DNA of 64,000 bases from the NCBI GenBank assembly GCA_951406725.2, contig OX597832.1, positions 1,736,001 through 1,800,000 on the forward strand, read 5' to 3'. Source of the DNA: Octopus vulgaris (lineage: Eukaryota). The translations under genes were made by a program, and so were the position numbers. Shown piece after piece: positions 57,288-64,000 of this stretch. Within the stretch, counting starts at the first letter, position 1; each line of letters opens with the position of its first letter. The notes below the pieces were generated by a model, which saw nothing but the letters and a program-made list of their open reading frames with translations, ran no database searches and was not told the origin of the DNA.

Positions 57288-58014
57288 ATCCCCTGTTCGA
57301 TTCGTTTCATCATCTTTGTCACAACCGGCAATGTCTATGCATCTCCAACAATAGAGAGCAGTCGCCTTATTTCATTCAATAATGGTCTCAAGATTCTTGA
57401 TCATAACTGCCCTACGAACGGGAACGTGTAACTCTAAGTAGTAGTTTTTGTGATGTTTTTGCAACTTTAATAAAAACGCATATTACTCTGCCTTCGGTAT
57501 TCGAGCATGTTTTTCCCACATTGTTTCGCATTTATGTGCTTACTTGAAGGTATGCAGGTAAAGAAATATTACAAATTGAGGATAAAAAATTATTGCAAAT
57601 ATTACCGGGTGCATAGATTTTAAGTCAATTATTTTTTCAGGTAGTGATGTTACTAAGCACCGCAAAATTATATACGAAACCTAGGTGGAGACAAGAAATG
57701 GACCGACAACGCACGAAATTTGGTATCTTTAGAGATAATAATTCAAGTATCAAATTGCGCTTCTTAAGAAAACCATAAAATAGGGCTGTTCGGTCAATAA
57801 GGAAGTTATTTTAAATAGACGACAGCTACACAGTTCATTTTTAACTTTCAGGTGAAGGTATGGAGCGTGGTGTTCGTTGGTTACCTTCCATCATACATTT
57901 GTCGAAGACCCTCGGTTAAAATGTCGTTTGACGATTTGGGCTGTGTCAGTCAAACCCATCGAATTCACAAAGAAAAGAATAATAGAATAAAACCTTACCC
58001 TGTAATGATTTATT

Positions 58015-58074
<60 letters not shown>

Positions 58075-58612
58075 GAATGTTTCCTATTCTATTTCATTTT
58101 ATTCTTCAATTTTATAACACAACAAACTTTCGGTGTTTTAATTAAATATTATATCCCATACTGCTCGTAAACCACTAGATAGATTTAATTCTTAATTCTA
58201 GAATTTTATCTGTGCTTTTTGCAAATTCATGAACGATTTAAACATTAGCATTAATGACCACTCTTCCCTATAGATGAATACTTACTTCTCCAATATTTTC
58301 AAGCTGATAAGATGTCAACTTACTCTCTGCCTTAACTCGAAATAAGGTATTATTAATAGTTCTTTATATTTCTAAAATTTACTCCACCTCCAAAACTTTT
58401 CTTGACCACCCCACTCTTATATATATTTTCCTCTTCTTTTCAAGATACATACACACTTTTAAAACAAAATTCCCTTAAATGTCTGTTTTTCTTTCTCTCT
58501 CATTCTCTATCTTTCTTTCTCTTTCATTCTCTCTCTCCCTCACTCTCTCTCTCTCAGTCTGCGATACATATTTATCCATACATATCTATATCAGCTGACC
58601 GGTGTCTGCTAG

Positions 58613-58657
58613 TCTAGGCCGACGAAAGACAATCATCCTGAAACACGTGTCCCTAGA
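58613..58657 (+). ncRNA. Minimal hammerhead motif with U4C core variant
   Basis: tctagg-CCGACGA-aaga..tcct-GAAAC-ACGT-GTC-cctaga; 6-bp stem I and palindromic ACACGTGT. Confidence 0.65.
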
Positions 58658-58878
58658 TGCAGCCCGGACGGCTGGGGGTATTTGTCTCCCCTTCGTAAAT
58701 GTATATAAGGACACAGGAAAAATGTGTCAAAGCCATCAGGAGGCGTCGATGCTTCCTAGGGCTAAACAGCGATGGTGTACCCCTCTACTGTCACGTTCAT
58801 GTTAGATTGACAGTATACAACCATTCTATCGCCCCACCACCGTACATGTCTCTACGAGAGATTTAGAAATTTAGTATT

Positions 58879-58926
<48 letters not shown>

Positions 58927-58930
<4 letters not shown>

Positions 58931-60258
58931 CTGTTGGACAGAATAATGGAAACACCTAGCATCATAGCATCATAATTTTGAAATATCTATAAAACCGTCA
59001 AAAGCTTATTTATTTTTATGTTTTTTTTTATCATTAGTGTTGCTTAATATGTTTTGAGAAAATTGCAGTTTCTTTTCAGATTTCATCAGAAAAAGGGGAT
59101 TTAAATTCATTAAAATGACAGATCTATCAAATTGTTAGTTCTCGTATGGCAGGCGCTAGCATAACGAAAACAGCCGAAATGCTTGATGTATCAAGAAGTG
59201 CTGTCTCGAAAGTAATGACATCTTTTGTGAAAGAGGGAAAAACCTCCTCGTCGAAACAAAACTCTGGAAGAAAAGCAGAACTTTCAGATAGGGACCGTCG
59301 GACTCTTACGCGAATTGTTAGAAAGGATCACAAAAGTACAGCTCCCAAAATTACTGCAGAGCTTAATGACCACCTCTAGAACCCAGTTTCCACAAAATCT
59401 GTTCGCTAGGAGCAGCACAAAGCCTAATTTCACGGAAGAGCTGCAATCAGAAAACCACTACTTTTAAAAACAAACGTTGCAACGCGTTTAGAGTGGAGTA
59501 AAAACCTACAGAATGTTATTTTTCTTTTCTCGTATTTCCGACCACCTGTGTAGCATGTTTTTCCCACATTGTTTTGCAGGTAAAGAAATATTACAAATTG
59601 AGGATAAAAAATTATTGCAAATATTACAGGGTGCATAGATTTTAAGTCAATTATTTTTTCAGGTAGTGATGTTACTAAGCACCGTCGGCCTAAAAGAAGC
59701 ATTTGACCCAGACTATTTTCTTCCAACTGTTAAACAGGAAGAAGGATCTGTGATGATCTGGTGGGCTATATCTTGGAAATCCGCCTGTCCAATGGTTTCC
59801 CTTCTTGGCATAATTAATAGTCCAGATTATTTAAGCATTTTATCAGATCAAATTCATCCTATGGTTGTGGAACTGTTTCCAGAGGGAAACGCAATCTTTC
59901 AGGATGATAATGCAATAATTCACACAGCTAAAGTTGTTACTGAATGGCACGAGGAACATTCTAGTGAAGTCGAACATCTTATCTGGCCACCACAGTCCCC
60001 AGATCTCAACATTATTGAACATTTATGGTGCATTTTAGAAAAACAAGTAAGGAGTCTATCTCCTCCACCATCATCACTACAAGAACTGGAGACTGTTTTA
60101 GCTGAAGAATAGACAAAAATTCATTTGGCAACAATTCAAACTTTGTACGAGTCCATACCTCGTAGAATTCAAGCTGTAATTACTGCCAAAGGCGGTCCTG
60201 CTCCATAGTAAAATTAATTTGTTTGAAATTTTAAGGTGTTTCCATTATTTTGTTCAGC

Positions 60259-60263
<5 letters not shown>
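58927..60263 (+). mobile_element. Tc1-like transposon, defective
   Basis: TIRs (GACAGAATAATGGAAACACCT / AGGTGTTTCCATTATTTTGTTC); HTH with SGRK; QDDNA and WPPQSPDLNIIE (DD34E type); (TA)n flanks; stops and an internal insertion. Confidence 0.92.
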
Positions 60264-60306
<43 letters not shown>

Positions 60307-60424
60307 ATTTATACATATATATTTCATTGGTCTAGAGTTAGGTGACGTCACCAACTGATGTTTGTATAGTGTTGTATGGTGCTTTAGAGTTGCGCAACAT
60401 TTTTCTCTTTATTTCCTCGTGTTC

Positions 60425-60460
60425 CTTTCTGTTGAAAAGCGTAGGCTCGAAACGTAAAAG
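60425..60460 (+). ncRNA. Minimal hammerhead motif (A6U) in a solo terminal-repeat fragment at about 60385-60540
   Basis: cttt-CTGTTGA-aaagcgtaggctc-GAAAC-GTA-aaag; homologous to 43143-43330. Confidence 0.62.
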
Positions 60461-60938
60461 ACTTTGTCACCTTCCCGAGCATTAAACTAATACACCTGTT
60501 TGTCTTCGTCTTTTATTTTTCTGTAAATTTCAACTATGTAAATATATATATATATAAGGATGGGGATGGAGAAATATGTTGGAGGTATATACAACCATAT
60601 AGATCATTTATAGCTCTCCTTCAACAATTTAAAATATCCTGTTGTGCAACATTTTTCTTTTAAATTCACCTTTGCAATTGAAAAGGAAAAAAATCAGCTG
60701 CCTTGCTTTCCTCTAAAGTATTATTGAGATACTATCACTATACTCATCGGAGTAAGCTAATCTCAGCCAGATGTTTGTATTAGGAAATATTTTAAATCAT
60801 CACGATATTCTATACTGCTTAATATTTATCGATATTCAAAATCAATAAAGATAACTAAAAAAAAATGAAAACTGACGACGGAAAAACGATAACAGAGACA
60901 CTTATTCACACACACAATTCTTTGTTTGTTTGTTTGTT

Positions 60939-61001
<63 letters not shown>

Positions 61002-61689
61002 GCGTGTGTCTGTTTGGGTGTGTGTGAATGTGTGTGGGTGCGTGCGTGCGTGTGTAAATGCATGGAGAAGAGAGAAAAGTATATAGATACATTTTCTATG
61101 AAATTTGAAGATATACACTAAGCTATAGGGCAAAGCTCACAGTAAAGAAATAGATATGCACATCGATACAAGCAAGGTACACATATATACTCAGTTATCT
61201 GCACAGAACTTACATGAGACATCTTCATATATACTTGATGCAAAGTTACATATGTCCACACTATCAGTTAAGTTTGAAGTGATGATACGGTCTTCGAAAT
61301 TTTAATAACAAAAAAAGACTTGACAATGTCCGCAATATAACCATTACGCAGTATTTATAGAATAACAACAGAATTATTTACAGATAACTCTTGTATACGC
61401 CGTGCATAGATTCTTATCGCAGTTCTTTAGCTGTAATATAGCCTGAAACAACAATCAACAAAAGTACAAGAAATTCGAGACAGCTTCTGATGACTTCATG
61501 TATTACCATAAATGGTAAGAATAGAATGAATCGACATATTGAAAAATGCCAACCTTTCACAGGGTTAAAATATGTTCAATGGAAGAAGGTAGCTTTACTA
61601 CCAGTTGTGCGATATAATTCGCTAATGTATGTATGTCTAAATATCGATGTATACATTTTTGTATATATACGTGCATGTATGTATATATA

Positions 61690-61757
61690 TATCTAGCAGT
61701 ATATTGGATATATATTATCCCATGGTGGGTTGAATTTTCAACCCCTATCTCATTTTA
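61690..61757 (+). repeat. Isolated terminus of the 30414 element family
   Basis: Reverse complement of about 30415-30485, again abutting (TA)n. Confidence 0.8.
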
Positions 61758-61989
61758 TATATATATATATATATATATCAGCAGCAAAAATATTCAGAAT
61801 CGAACATTTGTATAGATACTAATATTGTTATTATTATCGAAGTCAATACAAATAGTCCATAATAACAACAATATTAATATAGATGGTTGCAGATCTAAAT
61901 CAGCGTTATGTAGCTATGGAATTAAAATTATACTAATTAAAGGACACATGATACCTTATAAGGCGCATGAGGTGGAAGGCGTTTTTCTA

Positions 61990-62487
61990 TGATTAAAGCA
62001 TGCCCCCTTCGAAACCAACACGTACGGTATCAAGTCTTGGAAGTTCCCACCTAGAGTCAAGGAATTCGAGGCTCAATGGAACTCAAGCTCACCATTAAGA
62101 CTTAATCTCACCACAGTAGATTTCTTAGATGTTACTTTACATCTGGGCTCTGGTACATACAGGCCCTATCACAAGCCAAACGAGCAGCCGTCTTATATTA
62201 ACACAGCCTCCTGCCACCTACCTATGGTATTCAAGAACCTAGTGAAGGGTGTAAGTAGATCTCGAATCTATCCTCGGGCCAAAATATCTTTGACGCCGCT
62301 TCCCCCACCTCCTACTACAATGAGGCACTGGCATCGAGTGGGTTTAAGAACTGCATCTCCTACATGCCAGGCCCAATCACTGGAAAACGATGTGCCGCAG
62401 AAACATCGTTTAGTTTGCTCCATCTTTCTCACTCAACGTGAACACTTGTGTGGGAAGGATTTTCCTCAGATTGATAGATAAGCATTT

Positions 62488-62518
<31 letters not shown>

Positions 62519-62600
62519 ATGCAGGCATTTATTTAACAGGCACAACCTAAGAGTTTCCTTTAGTTGTTATTTTTGCAAGACTTGACAAGGACATCTAATA
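61990..62600 (+). pseudogene. Penelope-like RT C-terminal fragment
   Basis: VDFLDVTLHL..YRPYHKPNEQPSYINTASCHPPMVFKNL, similar to 24675-25043. Confidence 0.75.
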
Positions 62601-63048
62601 TAGCTACATAATAAAAAGTTTCACATAATCGCTAACAGCTGTTTCTATAATATTCCAGCTATTGGAACACCGTGTAGATCGAGAATTTCATAGGCCGATT
62701 AAACCGTCATCGGAGTGAGATAAGTTAATTATATATAGCAGTGGCTGAACATTTCTCGTTAATGATATCATTGTGGTTCATTTTGTCTAGAAAGGGTGAA
62801 GGAATCCAGTTAATAATCCAATTAAAATCCAATTTCAATTGGATTTCTCCCCCACTCACTTTCTATACAAAATGAACCACAATAATGTCGTTAATGAATG
62901 ATATTCATCCAGTGTTTCTTAATGTATCTCTCTCCGATGACGGTATGCTCAGCATCTGAAATCTTCGCTCTACATGATGTTCCAATAGCTGGGATATTCT
63001 AGAAACAGCTTTTATAGACTATATATAACTTTTTATTACATAGCTATT
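62598..63048. repeat. Diverged foldback with a hammerhead-like motif in each arm
   Basis: Arms about 62598-62825 and 62837-63048; CCGATGA...GAAACAGCTGTT on the minus strand (62630-62717) and a decayed copy on the plus strand (62930-63013). Confidence 0.65.
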
Positions 63049-63079
63049 TGTTAAGTTTTGCCTTTTCAGTTTTGCTTTA

Positions 63080-63112
<33 letters not shown>

Positions 63113-63129
63113 GCTAGCTAGCTAGCTAG

Positions 63130-63264
<135 letters not shown>

Positions 63265-63469
63265 TAGAGATAGAGAGAGATATATATAGAGAGAGATAGA
63301 TAGATAGAGAGATAGATAGATATAGAGATAGATATAGATAGATAGATATATGATATAAATATATATATATATATATTTATATCATATATATATATATATA
63401 AGTATGGTTATGCAAACAGGAAAAATATAACTCAAAATATGAAAATATGTATATATATATATATATATA

Positions 63470-63675
63470 GTTAATCCAAACATGAAAACACAAAGAGAAA
63501 ACATAACGCGAGGACGTGGAATAAGTATAGTGTTATTGGACGCTCAGGAAAGGAAAGAAAGGAGGAAGAAATAACGTTTCGAGCGGAGCTCTTCGTCAGA
63601 AGCATAGAAAAAGGAAAGGCCCGAGGAAGGTAAGTCGGAGAAAGAAAATCGCCAACGATACACACGCGGTCACAT
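63470..63675 (-). mobile_element. Solo PLE terminal-repeat fragment with minimal hammerhead (63573-63599)
   Basis: Minus strand CTGACGA-a-gagc-tcc-gctc-GAAAC-GTT; (TA)n on both sides; related to 43143-43330. Confidence 0.65.
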
Positions 63676-64000
63676 ATATATATTAATATTTGGTAGAAGT
63701 AGCGTTGGCACATATGAAACTATATTCCATTTCACATTCAATAATTTTATTCAAAATGGAATAATTCCGTTCAAAATGAGAATAATTCCAATCAAGATTG
63801 AATAATTCCATTAAAATGAGGATGTTAAAAATTAGATTAAAAAATACAGTATTTTTATTTTATTTTATTTTGTATCACTGATAATAAACAAGTTTGTGCT
63901 ATATCGTTCCATTCATTGTCAATTTATTCACTAAGTTTATTTATTATTTATTCTCCAAAAGCATATTACATAGTATGATGTATGCTTTGGTATATATACA

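Noticed and set aside
60560-60840. PLE RT remnant (KFTFAIEKEKNQLP)
   Set aside because: A single short motif only.

Overview
This is AT-rich eukaryotic DNA with no recognisable host gene. The repeat families resemble those I recall from octopus/cephalopod genomes (inference, not verified). Most ORFs in the track are microsatellite artefacts. The window is a nested mosaic of mobile elements, many inserted into (TA)n or (TAA)n tracts. It holds one apparently full-length CR1-like LINE with an intact APE-RT ORF2, and one 5'-truncated Penelope-like element (PLE) with an open RT/GIY-YIG ORF. Decayed elements include PLE, RTE, R4/Dong-like, L1/Tx1-like, RLE-type, Gypsy, Tc1, mariner and Helitron copies, plus several SINE families. 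The most striking unannotated signal is about 14 minimal hammerhead-ribozyme motifs with palindromic stem III. Six lie in three outward-facing inverted-repeat pairs, and several carry recurrent core variants (A6U, U4C). Other highlights are a candidate -1 frameshift site joining LINE ORF1 to ORF2, a pseudoknot-like leader at an RTE 5' end, a head-to-tail Helitron dimer with its empty site visible in the window, and locally templated insertions. All structures were read by eye and none was computed.
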